Of a DNA stretch of 64,000 nt, positions 9,733-18,183 are shown one piece after another (the stretch's first letter is position 1; each line of letters opens with the position of its first letter). The position numbers and the translations under genes were made by a program. The notes under the pieces were generated by a model, which was not told where the DNA came from, ran no database searches, and was given only the letters and a program-made list of their open reading frames with translations. This DNA comes from Planctomycetota bacterium (GTDB taxonomy: Bacteria > Planctomycetota > B15-G4 > SIAN01), in contig JANNXA010000051.1 in NCBI GenBank assembly GCA_031409275.1, positions 288,001-352,000 of the forward strand, written 5' to 3'.

Positions 9733-11468
9733 GGCGACGATCTCCAGAGGAACGCGCGAATCGCGCCCGCCTCGAACACCGGCTTACCGTAGCGCGCGAC
9801 CAACGTCGCCTCGCGCGTCGCATCGACCTCATCGGCCACCAGGAAGAGCGGCCGCGAGAACGCCGCGAGAGCGCTCTCCTCTTCGATCGGGATCGGCCCG
9901 CCGGCGAGCAGCGCGCGCGTCAGTGCCGCCCGATGCGGCGCCTCGGGGTTCGCGGCGACGAGGTAATGGGTCGCGTAGTCCGTGAAGAGGGCGCGTCCGG
10001 TCAGCGCGGGCAGCTCGGAGGTGTTGCCCGTGGCCATCCGTCCCCGCAGGCCGGCATCACGCACCACCACCGCGTCGCGCGGCGTGCCGTCGCGGACCCA
10101 GCGCAGGAGCTGCGCCTCGGCGTCGCCCTCGCGCGTCCCGTCGCCTTCGCGCTCGAGACGCCCGTCGATGAGCACGAGAGGCAAGGGTGCGCGGCCGCGG
10201 TAGCTCCACAGCACGATCGCGAGCGTCGGTGCGAACGCCGCGAAGAGCAGCAGGGCGCGGCGACGCGTCTGGCGCGGCACCGCGAGCGCATCCATCACGC
10301 CGCGCGGCCGCGGCAGCACGAAGCCAGCCGCCGGGACGCTGAGCAGGACGCACGCCGCGTGGAAGAAGTTGTCCTCGTTGCCGACCGGCAGCGCCAGGCA
10401 ACCCGTGGCCAGCAGCAGCGGCAGCGAAGCGAGCAGGAGCGCGTTCATCAGCGTCCGCGGCGCACCGCCCGCGCGCTTGGCGCCAAACCACGCCGCCACG
10501 AAGAGGAGCCCGCCCGAAGCCGCCATTCCCAGCAGGCGCGTCGTCTGCAGGCGCAGCGCGCCACCGGCATCGCCGCGCCCGAACAGGTGGAGCCACCAGG
10601 GCGAGCTCGCCAGGCAACCGGCGACGAGCGCCATGCCAAGCGCCAGCGCTCGCCGCAGCGGAAACCAGCAGTTCGGCTGCCGCCGCTCTTGCCATGCCGC
10701 TCCGAACAGTCCAAACGCCAGCGCCGCGCCACCGGCGAGGCCGGTGATCGGGCTGAAGAGCGTGCACAACGCCGAAGCGGAGGCGACGCCGGCGAGCGCC
10801 AGCCGGCCGGGCCGCAACGCCGCGAGCACCACCATCAGCACGCACGCCAGCAGCGCTGCGAGCGCGGCCGGACGCGCGGTCAGGTTCACGAAGTAGCTCG
10901 CCAACGGGCCGAGCGTCGCGAAGGGATCGCCGATCCTCATCGCGCCAAGCGCGGGGTGGCACAGCCCCCACAAGTAGTCGCCATCGGCGCAAAATCCCGC
11001 CTTCGTGAAGAGAGCGGCACCGTGCTTCCACCAGCGTGCCAGCAGCACCAGCGGCCCGAACGGATGGGCACCGGCAAAGAGCAGGAAGGAGAGCGCGACG
11101 CCGGCAAGTTCGCTGCGCAACAGCACGCGACCGAGCGCGCCGCCGATCAACACGACCGCCGCCGCCGCCACCAGCGCGATCCACTCGAACGCATCGATCA
11201 GCGGTGCGCCGGTGAGCGACGCCGCGTCGAGCGCTACTTCATGGAAGAAGTAGTAGTAGGGCAGCGGCGTTCCCGCGAAGAGCGGGTTCTCGGGTGGATC
11301 GGGCCAGAGCGTCGGCTCGGTCGCCCGATTCGCGCAGCTCTGCGCGATCGCGACGTGCAGCAGTCCGTGGGCCGAGAGGCGCGTGCGCATGCTGTCGTGG
11401 CGCACCCAGGCGAACAGCACGACCCAGGCAAATGCCAGCAACAGGGTGCGCAGCAGGCCGCGAGTCAT
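9729..11468 (-). CDS. Polytopic membrane protein, GT-C-like glycosyltransferase candidate
   Basis: Start MTRGLLRT at 11468 overlaps the upstream stop; >10 hydrophobic segments; PENPLFAGTPLPYYYFFH loop; extracytoplasmic C-terminal domain (WVRDGTPRDAVV...PALTGR). Confidence 0.65.
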   Translation of the reverse strand: MTRGLLRTLLLAFAWVVLFAWVRHDSMRTRLSAHGLLHVAIAQSCANRATEPTLWPDPPENPLFAGTPLPYYYFFHEVALDAASLTGAPLIDAFEWIALVAAAAVVLIGGALGRVLLRSELAGVALSFLLFAGAHPFGPLVLLARWWKHGAALFTKAGFCADGDYLWGLCHPALGAMRIGDPFATLGPLASYFVNLTARPAALAALLACVLMVVLAALRPGRLALAGVASASALCTLFSPITGLAGGAALAFGLFGAAWQERRQPNCWFPLRRALALGMALVAGCLASSPWWLHLFGRGDAGGALRLQTTRLLGMAASGGLLFVAAWFGAKRAGGAPRTLMNALLLASLPLLLATGCLALPVGNEDNFFHAACVLLSVPAAGFVLPRPRGVMDALAVPRQTRRRALLLFAAFAPTLAIVLWSYRGRAPLPLVLIDGRLEREGDGTREGDAEAQLLRWVRDGTPRDAVVVRDAGLRGRMATGNTSELPALTGRALFTDYATHYLVAANPEAPHRAALTRALLAGGPIPIEEESALAAFSRPLFLVADEVDATREATLVARYGKPVFEAGAIRAFLWRSSP

Positions 11469-12757
11469 CGCGCGGCCCCGGACCGATCGCCGGCGGGCGC
11501 ATCGAGACGCGCGACGAGCTCGCGGCGACCGCCTGCTTCCGCAGCGCGACGCACGACGTCGAGGTAGCGCGGGAGCACCGCCGATTCGCTCCAGTGGTCG
11601 ACGTAGGCGCGCCAGCCGTTTTGGCCGTAGCGAGCGCGCAACGCCGCGTCGCCCTGGAGACGCGCGAGCGCCGCGACGAGCTCCTCCGACGTGGTGAAGA
11701 GCTCGCCGGCCTGCGCCTTCTCGACGATCTCGGGGAACGGCCCGAGGCGCCGCGCGACCACCGGAATGCCCTGCTGGAACGCCTCGATGAGGATGATGCC
11801 GAAGGTCTCGTAGCAGACGCTCGGCACCACCAACGCGACCGCGTTGCGATACCAGCGCGACAGCTCCTCGAAGGCGACGCGGCCAAGGAAGCGGACGCGC
11901 TCGCATCCTTGCGCGAGTTCCTTCAAGACCGCGGCATGTTCGCCATCGCCCGCGATCACCAGGTCCGCCTCGGTGATCCGATCGCGAAACAGCGGGATCA
12001 CGTCGTCGAGGCCCTTGATGCGCTCGAGGCGCCCCACGAAGAGGAAGTAGGGGCGCGCGTGCGGCGAGGGCCCGGGCGCCGGTGGCGGCCCGATCGCGCC
12101 TGGCGGCGGATCGGGAAGGAAGTAGTTCACGACCTCCATCTCGCGCGGGAAGCCGAACTCGGCGTGCTTCGCGCGGCTGAACTGGCTCATGGCGATGAAG
12201 GCGTCGACGTGGTGCAGCTCGCGCTCGAGGTAGCCGGTCGATCGCCACAGCTGCGGCGGACGGCGATACGACAGCACGCACTTCAAGCACTCGCGCCCGG
12301 TGCAGAGCTCCTTGCCGTGGCGCCACAGCACGTGCGACGGGCAGACCAGCCAGTGCTCGTGCGCCATGTAGAGCTTGAGCGCGTCGCCGTACTTGAGCAG
12401 CCCCGGCCCGCCCACCAGCGAGAGGTTGTGGAAGTTGATCACGTCGAAGCGGCCTTCGCGCAGCAGTCGAGCGATGCGCCGGCCATGCACCACCGGCCGC
12501 CCGAACTGCTGCGTGAGCAGGTTGCTGGCGAGGCCGAAGCGCGACCGCAGCGACACCACTTCCAATCCGGGCGGATGCACCTTCGGGGCCGGCTCGCGAC
12601 CAGGCGCGAGGTTTCGCCACGCGTCTTCGTCGTGGATGACGGTGACGTGGTGGCCGCGTCGCAGCAGCCCATGGCAGAGGCGCTCGATGCCGATGCCGTC
12701 GCCGCCGAAGTTGAACGGCGGAAAGAACGTGGTGACCATCGCGAAGCGCAGGCTCAC
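11465..12757 (-). CDS. Glycosyltransferase family 4 (GT-B)
   Basis: GTG start overlapping upstream stop; FFPPFNFGGDG, FVGRLERIKG, ETFGIILIEA (E-x7-E). Confidence 0.92.
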   Translation of the reverse strand: MSLRFAMVTTFFPPFNFGGDGIGIERLCHGLLRRGHHVTVIHDEDAWRNLAPGREPAPKVHPPGLEVVSLRSRFGLASNLLTQQFGRPVVHGRRIARLLREGRFDVINFHNLSLVGGPGLLKYGDALKLYMAHEHWLVCPSHVLWRHGKELCTGRECLKCVLSYRRPPQLWRSTGYLERELHHVDAFIAMSQFSRAKHAEFGFPREMEVVNYFLPDPPPGAIGPPPAPGPSPHARPYFLFVGRLERIKGLDDVIPLFRDRITEADLVIAGDGEHAAVLKELAQGCERVRFLGRVAFEELSRWYRNAVALVVPSVCYETFGIILIEAFQQGIPVVARRLGPFPEIVEKAQAGELFTTSEELVAALARLQGDAALRARYGQNGWRAYVDHWSESAVLPRYLDVVRRAAEAGGRRELVARLDAPAGDRSGAAR

Positions 12758-14313
12758 GCGCGCTCCTCCGCGCCGCGCGCCAGGTCGCGCCAGGACCACG
12801 CGACCACCATCGCCGTGAGCGCGAGCAGCAGCGGCGCCACGAGCGGCGCCCATCCCGGCCCACCCGATGGCTGTGTCTGCCGCCACACCGTGAACCAGGG
12901 GAGCTGCGGGCCGCGCTCGAAGAGCGCGCTCCAGGAACGGGCCACGGTCGACTCGGCGAAGAGGTGCGGCTCGGTCGGCGGCGTGAAGCGCGCCATCGCC
13001 AGCACCAGCGAGTGCAGCGCGAAGGGGGCGACGAGCCACGCGACGCGTCGTGCCGGCCAGCGCACGAACGGCGGCACGGCCAGCAGCGCCAGCAGCGGCG
13101 CCAACGGCGCGAGGCAGCGAAAACCGGTGTTCCACTGCAGTCGCGCGAACTGGTTGGCGGCGCTGAACAACAGGAACGCGAGCGCGAAGAGCAGCACGAA
13201 GGCGCGCTCGCCGCGGGTCAGGAACGCGGGCGTCGCGGCGTTCGCAGCGGCCGACGGCGCCGCTTGCGACGCACGCCACGGCAGCAGCGCGAGCAGCAGC
13301 AGCGGCGCGAACGCGAACAGCCCGTAGCTCGGATCGAAGAGATTCTTCCAGAGGAGGTCGGGCGTCGGCCAGGAGAAGCCGTGGTAGCCGGCGACGCTGA
13401 AGTGGGCGTCCGGCATCCAGTGCTGCGCCGGCTTGAAGGGATCGCCGAACTGCCACCACTGGGTGAAGAAGAGCAGCAGCAGAGGCGGCAGCGCGCCGAG
13501 CGCGAAGGGCAGCGCTCGGCGCCACGCCGCGCGCAGGCCGCCTTCGCGCAGCGCCTCGATCAGCAGCGCGAGCCCGAACGCGGCGACGACCACGGTCCCC
13601 GAGTAGTCGAACAGCAGCGTGCCCGCCGCGCAGGCGCCGGCCGCCGCGAGGCGCCACGAGCCGCGCACGCCGGCGCCGGCCGCTTCGGCCGCGAAGGGTC
13701 GCAGCAGCACGAACGCCGCGAAGGTGAGCAGCGCCTCGAGCTGGTTGTGGTTCAGCAACGCGCTGCGAAACAGCAGCGGGGTGGCGAGCGGGAAGAGCAG
13801 GGCCAACAGCGCCGCGCGTCGAGCCGCGACCCCGCGTCGCAGCAGCTCGCCGTGGAAGAGCAGCGCGAGGAGCGCCGCCGCTGGCGCCATGACGAAGAGC
13901 GCCGTCAGCGCCGCGGCCGCACCGAGCCGCAGGTGGAGCCCGCGCCGACGCACCTCCGCCATGAAGGCGGCGCGGCGCTGATAGGCGCTGTCGAACTGAA
14001 CCGGCTCGTCCTTGGCGGCCGCCGCCTGCCGCTTGCCGATCGCCTCGAGCCAGTCGAGCAGCGGGCTCGCCAGCCACAGGACGGGCGCCGCCAGCAGCGA
14101 GGCGCCGACCTGGTTGTTCGCGTACCAGTGGCCGTCGGAATGGAGGAACAGGTCGGGATGGAGCCCCGCCCACTCATCGCACGCGAGCGTTCCGCGCTGC
14201 GCCAACGCGAAGGCCGGGTAGTGCTCGCGCACCAGGTTCGTCGCGAACAGCAGCGCCGCGACGACGCTGACCGTGGCGAACAGGCGCGCACGCACGAAAC
14301 GCAGCGGCCGCAT
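12754..14313 (-). CDS. Polytopic membrane protein, GT-C-like glycosyltransferase candidate
   Basis: Start MRPLRFV at 14313; many TM segments; DLF...GHWYAN loop, FGDPF, LFDPSYGLFAFAPLL. Confidence 0.65.
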   Translation of the reverse strand: MRPLRFVRARLFATVSVVAALLFATNLVREHYPAFALAQRGTLACDEWAGLHPDLFLHSDGHWYANNQVGASLLAAPVLWLASPLLDWLEAIGKRQAAAAKDEPVQFDSAYQRRAAFMAEVRRRGLHLRLGAAAALTALFVMAPAAALLALLFHGELLRRGVAARRAALLALLFPLATPLLFRSALLNHNQLEALLTFAAFVLLRPFAAEAAGAGVRGSWRLAAAGACAAGTLLFDYSGTVVVAAFGLALLIEALREGGLRAAWRRALPFALGALPPLLLLFFTQWWQFGDPFKPAQHWMPDAHFSVAGYHGFSWPTPDLLWKNLFDPSYGLFAFAPLLLLALLPWRASQAAPSAAANAATPAFLTRGERAFVLLFALAFLLFSAANQFARLQWNTGFRCLAPLAPLLALLAVPPFVRWPARRVAWLVAPFALHSLVLAMARFTPPTEPHLFAESTVARSWSALFERGPQLPWFTVWRQTQPSGGPGWAPLVAPLLLALTAMVVAWSWRDLARGAEERA

Positions 14314-14348
14314 CGTCGTGCGCCCCTCCCTCCAGCGCCGCGTGGCGC

Positions 14349-15842
14349 CTACGGCTTGACCGCGCCGCCGGTCGCCGCCGGACGCACCAGCTCGCCGTCC
14401 GCCAGCCCCGCATCGACCATCCCCTTCTCGTGGTACTCGAGGTCGGTGTTGATGTCGAGGACGGCGGCCTTGGTCACCTCGCCGTTGATCATCTGCGCGG
14501 TGACGAGCCCCATCTCGATCGAATGGTCGGCGTTGTTGTAGCGGAAGGTGCCGCCGCGCCCGACGATCGCGACGCGTTCGAGCGCCTCGATGTAGTCGCG
14601 CATGCGCTTCAGCTTCTCCAAGTAGCCGAGCGAATAGACCGGATAGGCGTTGGCGGCGCGCTCGGTGAAGCCGCCGAGGATCTGCTCGGGCTTCACGAAG
14701 CCGAGGCGGCAGAGGTCGCGCTTGCCCCAGTCGACCATCTCCTGCTCGGACTTCTTCCAGACGTCGTCTTCCTTGGTGCAGAAGTACTCGAGCACGACCG
14801 ACGTCTTGCCCTTCGGCGCCATGTCGGGCGACCAGTTGCGCGGCTCGTGCAGGCGCGCGAAGCCCAGCCCCTCGTCGTGGCAGTAGATCCAGGTGTCCTT
14901 GGTCATCTGCGGCTGGTCGATCATCAGGTTGACCGTGATGACCGAGCGGAACTCGAGGCTCTTCGCGGCGTCGAGCACCGCCTGCGGCGGCTTGGGGTCG
15001 AGCGCGTAGGTCAGCAACGAGGTGAGTGGCACCGTGGAGACGACGTAGTCGCCGACCACCGTCTCGCTCTTGCCGTCCTTGTCGTAGGTCACCACGACGC
15101 GCTTGGGATCGCTGACGTCGACCTTCTTCACGAAGGCGGAGTTGACCACACGGTTGCCGGCCTTCTCGATCACCCGCCGCATCGTCTCGGGGATCTCCTG
15201 ATAGCCCCAGCGCGGGTAGACGAAGGTCTCGATCAGCGTCTTCGCCTTCTTGTCCTTGGGCTTGAGCAGCGCGTTGGTGAGCGCCGTCCAGATCGACAGG
15301 CCCTTGCTGCGCTGCGACACCCAATCCGACGACATCTGCGAGCAGGGACGGCCCCAGACCTTCTCGCTGTAGCGGCGGAAGAACATGTCGAACAGGCGGC
15401 GCCCGAACTGCGAGACGAAGGCGTCTTCCATCGTCTCGATGCGACGCTTCTTCAGCGTGGTCGAAAGGGTGTTCATGCCGTAGTCGACGACGCAGAGGAA
15501 CGACGTCCAGAGGCCGGCGGTCTGCAGCACGTTCTTGATCGAGATCGGGTAGTCGAAGTACTTGCCGTTGAAGAGGATCCGGCTGATGCGCTCGACTTCG
15601 ACGAGCTGGCCATCCATCAGGCGCAGGAACCAGTCGTGGAGCGACTTGTTCTTGGTGAACCAGCGGTGGCCGCCGAAGTCGAAGCGGAAGTCGCCGCGCA
15701 CCAGCGTGCGGGAGAGGCCGCCGACGAAGCTCTCCTTCTCCAGCACGGTCACCTTGTAGCCGTACTCGGTGAGCTTGTGGGCGCACGAGAGCCCGCCCGG
15801 TCCGGCTCCCAGCACGATGACGTGTCGATTGCGGTCAGCCAT
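14349..15842 (-). CDS. FAD-dependent oxidoreductase (protoporphyrinogen oxidase/UDP-galactopyranose mutase-like fold)
   Basis: VLGAGPGGL Rossmann motif, EK...VGGLSRT, DFGGHRWF, AYPVY, GRGGTFRYNNADHS. Confidence 0.88.
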   Translation of the reverse strand: MADRNRHVIVLGAGPGGLSCAHKLTEYGYKVTVLEKESFVGGLSRTLVRGDFRFDFGGHRWFTKNKSLHDWFLRLMDGQLVEVERISRILFNGKYFDYPISIKNVLQTAGLWTSFLCVVDYGMNTLSTTLKKRRIETMEDAFVSQFGRRLFDMFFRRYSEKVWGRPCSQMSSDWVSQRSKGLSIWTALTNALLKPKDKKAKTLIETFVYPRWGYQEIPETMRRVIEKAGNRVVNSAFVKKVDVSDPKRVVVTYDKDGKSETVVGDYVVSTVPLTSLLTYALDPKPPQAVLDAAKSLEFRSVITVNLMIDQPQMTKDTWIYCHDEGLGFARLHEPRNWSPDMAPKGKTSVVLEYFCTKEDDVWKKSEQEMVDWGKRDLCRLGFVKPEQILGGFTERAANAYPVYSLGYLEKLKRMRDYIEALERVAIVGRGGTFRYNNADHSIEMGLVTAQMINGEVTKAAVLDINTDLEYHEKGMVDAGLADGELVRPAATGGAVKP

Positions 15843-15848
15843 GGCTGC

Positions 15849-16193
15849 TCAAAGACCCCCGGCGGGGCCGCTCACCGGACGAGCGACCCAGTTGTAGACG
15901 CGCGAGACGAGGTAACCGGCGACGAAGCCAAGAGCCGCCCCGTAGGGCAGCGAGAGGAGCAGTCCGCCCCACGTGACGTCGTAACCGGGAAGGAAGTGGC
16001 CGAGCAGACGCAGGTGCTTGCCGACCTGCGGGCCGCCACGCAGCAACAGGATGAGCGTCGCGAGGAAGAGGCAGGAGGCGGACAGCCCCGCCAGCGTCGC
16101 GCCCAGCACGCGCGCATTCAGTCGGGTGAGCACCTCGTCGAGGAGGCGCTCCGACTCGACCTGTTCGAAGATGGTGTCGATCGGCGGTTTCAA
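15849..16193 (-). CDS. Small membrane protein of unknown function (paralog of 16286-16681)
   Basis: TTG start; two hydrophobic stretches flanking GGPQVGKHLRLLGHFLPGY. Confidence 0.7.
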   Translation of the reverse strand: MKPPIDTIFEQVESERLLDEVLTRLNARVLGATLAGLSASCLFLATLILLLRGGPQVGKHLRLLGHFLPGYDVTWGGLLLSLPYGAALGFVAGYLVSRVYNWVARPVSGPAGGL

Positions 16194-16285
16194 GGTTGGC
16201 CTTGCAGCTCCGATTCCAATCGCAGCGAGCGGTCGCTGCTGCCCTGCGCTCCCCGTCGTCGTTCCGGGTCGCGCAACCGTTGTCG

Positions 16286-16681
16286 TCAGATCTCATCCAG
16301 CAGGTGACGTCGCCGCCAGCGATCGCCGCCCGAGCGCAGCAGCACCAGCACGAACCTCAGCGCGAGGTTGCGGAAGGCGGCGATCGCGTAGCCGGCCAGG
16401 AAGCCGGCAGCGAAGCCGTACATCCCGCCGACGGCGGCGCCCGCCGCGTCGACGCGGTAGCCCGGGAAGTAGCTGGCCAGCACCTTCAGGTTCTCGCCAA
16501 CGAACTTCCCGCCCTGCAACCACAGCACCAACGTCGCGGCCGCGACCGCCAACCCCACCGTCACTCCGACCCCGCAGCCGAGCGCGAGCGCGTGGAGGCG
16601 CGTGAAGGCGCGGCGGATGGCCTGCTTGCGCCGCTCCGCCAACTCCTCGACTCGCGTCGCCAACTGCTCGACATCGGCCAT
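16286..16681 (-). CDS. Small membrane protein of unknown function (paralog of 15849-16193)
   Basis: ATG at 16681 preceded by GGAGG; GGKFVGENLKVLASYFPGY aligns with the neighbour. Confidence 0.75.
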   Translation of the reverse strand: MADVEQLATRVEELAERRKQAIRRAFTRLHALALGCGVGVTVGLAVAAATLVLWLQGGKFVGENLKVLASYFPGYRVDAAGAAVGGMYGFAAGFLAGYAIAAFRNLALRFVLVLLRSGGDRWRRRHLLDEI

Positions 16682-16973
16682 CGCGAGCGCGCCTCCGCCC
16701 ATCCGTGCACCGCCTTGCTCGATCCATGAAAGCGCCGACATCGTACCCGCCCTCGCGCCCGCGCCCGGCGCTACGGATCGACCGCGGCAGCCGCGGAGCC
16801 TTCGCAGCGCCGCAAGCCGCGGCCTCGATCGGACGAAGTTGCCGACCGCGGCATCCCGATCACCTCCGCTCAAGGGCGCGCGGCGGGACGTCGAAAGCAG
16901 CTCTTGCCCGCGGGTTTCGCGATCGGCGCTATCTTGCGCGCCGTCCACCCCCCCACCCCTGGATTCAACTCTC

Positions 16974-18170
16974 GTGAGCCTCCCGTCCCGCATCGCTCGT
17001 CATTGGAAGCTCGTTCGGCGCGCGGCGCAGGAGCAGCCCGAGGCGACCCCTCCCTTCCTGATCCTCTTCATCAACAGCATCTGCAACCTCGCGTGCGACC
17101 ACTGCTTCTACTGGAAGGAGCTCAACAGTCGCGACGACTTGAGCAAGGACGAGATCTTCGCGCTGGCCAGGAGCCTCGGGCCGATCGAGAACCTGAACCT
17201 CTCCGGCGGCGAGCCTTTCCTGCGCAAGGAGTTCGCCGAGATCTGCGACTTCTTCGTGCGCAACAACGGCGTCCAGCGCATCTACTGCCCGACCAACGGC
17301 TACTACGCCGACAAGACCATCGCGGCGCTGACCCAGCTGTTCGAGAACCAGGATCTCAAGCTCTTCGCGGCCGAGCTCTCGCTCGACGGCATGCCGCCCT
17401 ACCACAACTGGTTCCGGCGCGATCGTCGCAGCTTCGAGAAGGCGATGGAGACCTACGAGGCTCTCGCCGAGCTGAAGAAGAAGGAGCCCCGCCTCGAGAT
17501 CCATTCGATCTCGACCGTCACGGGCGAGAACCTCGACGAGATCAAGCGCCTCACGACCTACCTCTTCGAGCGCTGCCCGGCGATGACGCACCACAACCTC
17601 GCGATGATCCGCGGGGAGCGCAAGCGTCCGACGCTGATGGGCGTCGAACTGAAGGGCTACCAGGAGCTCGTCGCCTACTCGCGCCGCCTTTGGAGCGCGC
17701 GCGAGGAGGGGCGCCACGGCAGCGTGGTCGACCCGATGCTGCACTGGGCCAAGGTCAAGACCGCGGAAGTCCAATCGCAGTTCGTCCCGTGCAAGGCGGG
17801 GATCCTCTCAGGCGTCGTCTACGCCAACGGCGACGTGTCGTTGTGCGAGCAGCACCCGCCCATCGGCAACATCCGCAAGCAGAGTTTCCCCGAGATCTGG
17901 AACGGCCCGGTGGCGCGCAAGCTGCGCGAGTCGATCGCCTGCAAGGAGTGCTTCTGCACCAACGAAGTCTTCTTGTGGCCGAGCGTCGCGTTCCAGCCGG
18001 TCCCGCTGGCGAAGGCCTTCATCGGCTCGCGCGCATGGCACTACCCGACGGCGCTCGAACCGCATGAGCGCGCCGCCGTGGGCGACCCGTACGACCGCAG
18101 CAAGCTGCCGGCGGAGGCGCTCGCCTACCTCGACGACCCGAAAGGACGCCGCCTCCCGGTCGCGCCGTGA
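16974..18170 (+). CDS. Radical SAM protein with C-terminal SPASM/twitch domain
   Basis: CNLACDHC (CxxxCxxC), SGGEPF, SLDG; C-terminal CKAG...ANGDVSLC...IGNI...EIW...CKECFC. GTG start at 16974 inferred. Confidence 0.92.
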   Translation: MSLPSRIARHWKLVRRAAQEQPEATPPFLILFINSICNLACDHCFYWKELNSRDDLSKDEIFALARSLGPIENLNLSGGEPFLRKEFAEICDFFVRNNGVQRIYCPTNGYYADKTIAALTQLFENQDLKLFAAELSLDGMPPYHNWFRRDRRSFEKAMETYEALAELKKKEPRLEIHSISTVTGENLDEIKRLTTYLFERCPAMTHHNLAMIRGERKRPTLMGVELKGYQELVAYSRRLWSAREEGRHGSVVDPMLHWAKVKTAEVQSQFVPCKAGILSGVVYANGDVSLCEQHPPIGNIRKQSFPEIWNGPVARKLRESIACKECFCTNEVFLWPSVAFQPVPLAKAFIGSRAWHYPTALEPHERAAVGDPYDRSKLPAEALAYLDDPKGRRLPVAP

Positions 18171-18183
18171 TCGACGCCGCGGC

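Noticed and set aside
9729..15786. 1044-, 902- and 1010-aa overlapping minus-strand ORFs as giant or frameshifted proteins
   Set aside because: The N-terminal extensions are off-frame Arg/Ala-rich reads of the upstream gene. Internal starts at 11468, 12757 and 14313 give clean, mostly 4-nt-overlapping genes.
16682..18170. Radical SAM/SPASM as a RiPP maturase
   Set aside because: No precursor peptide, RRE/PqqD domain or peptidase-transporter seen nearby.
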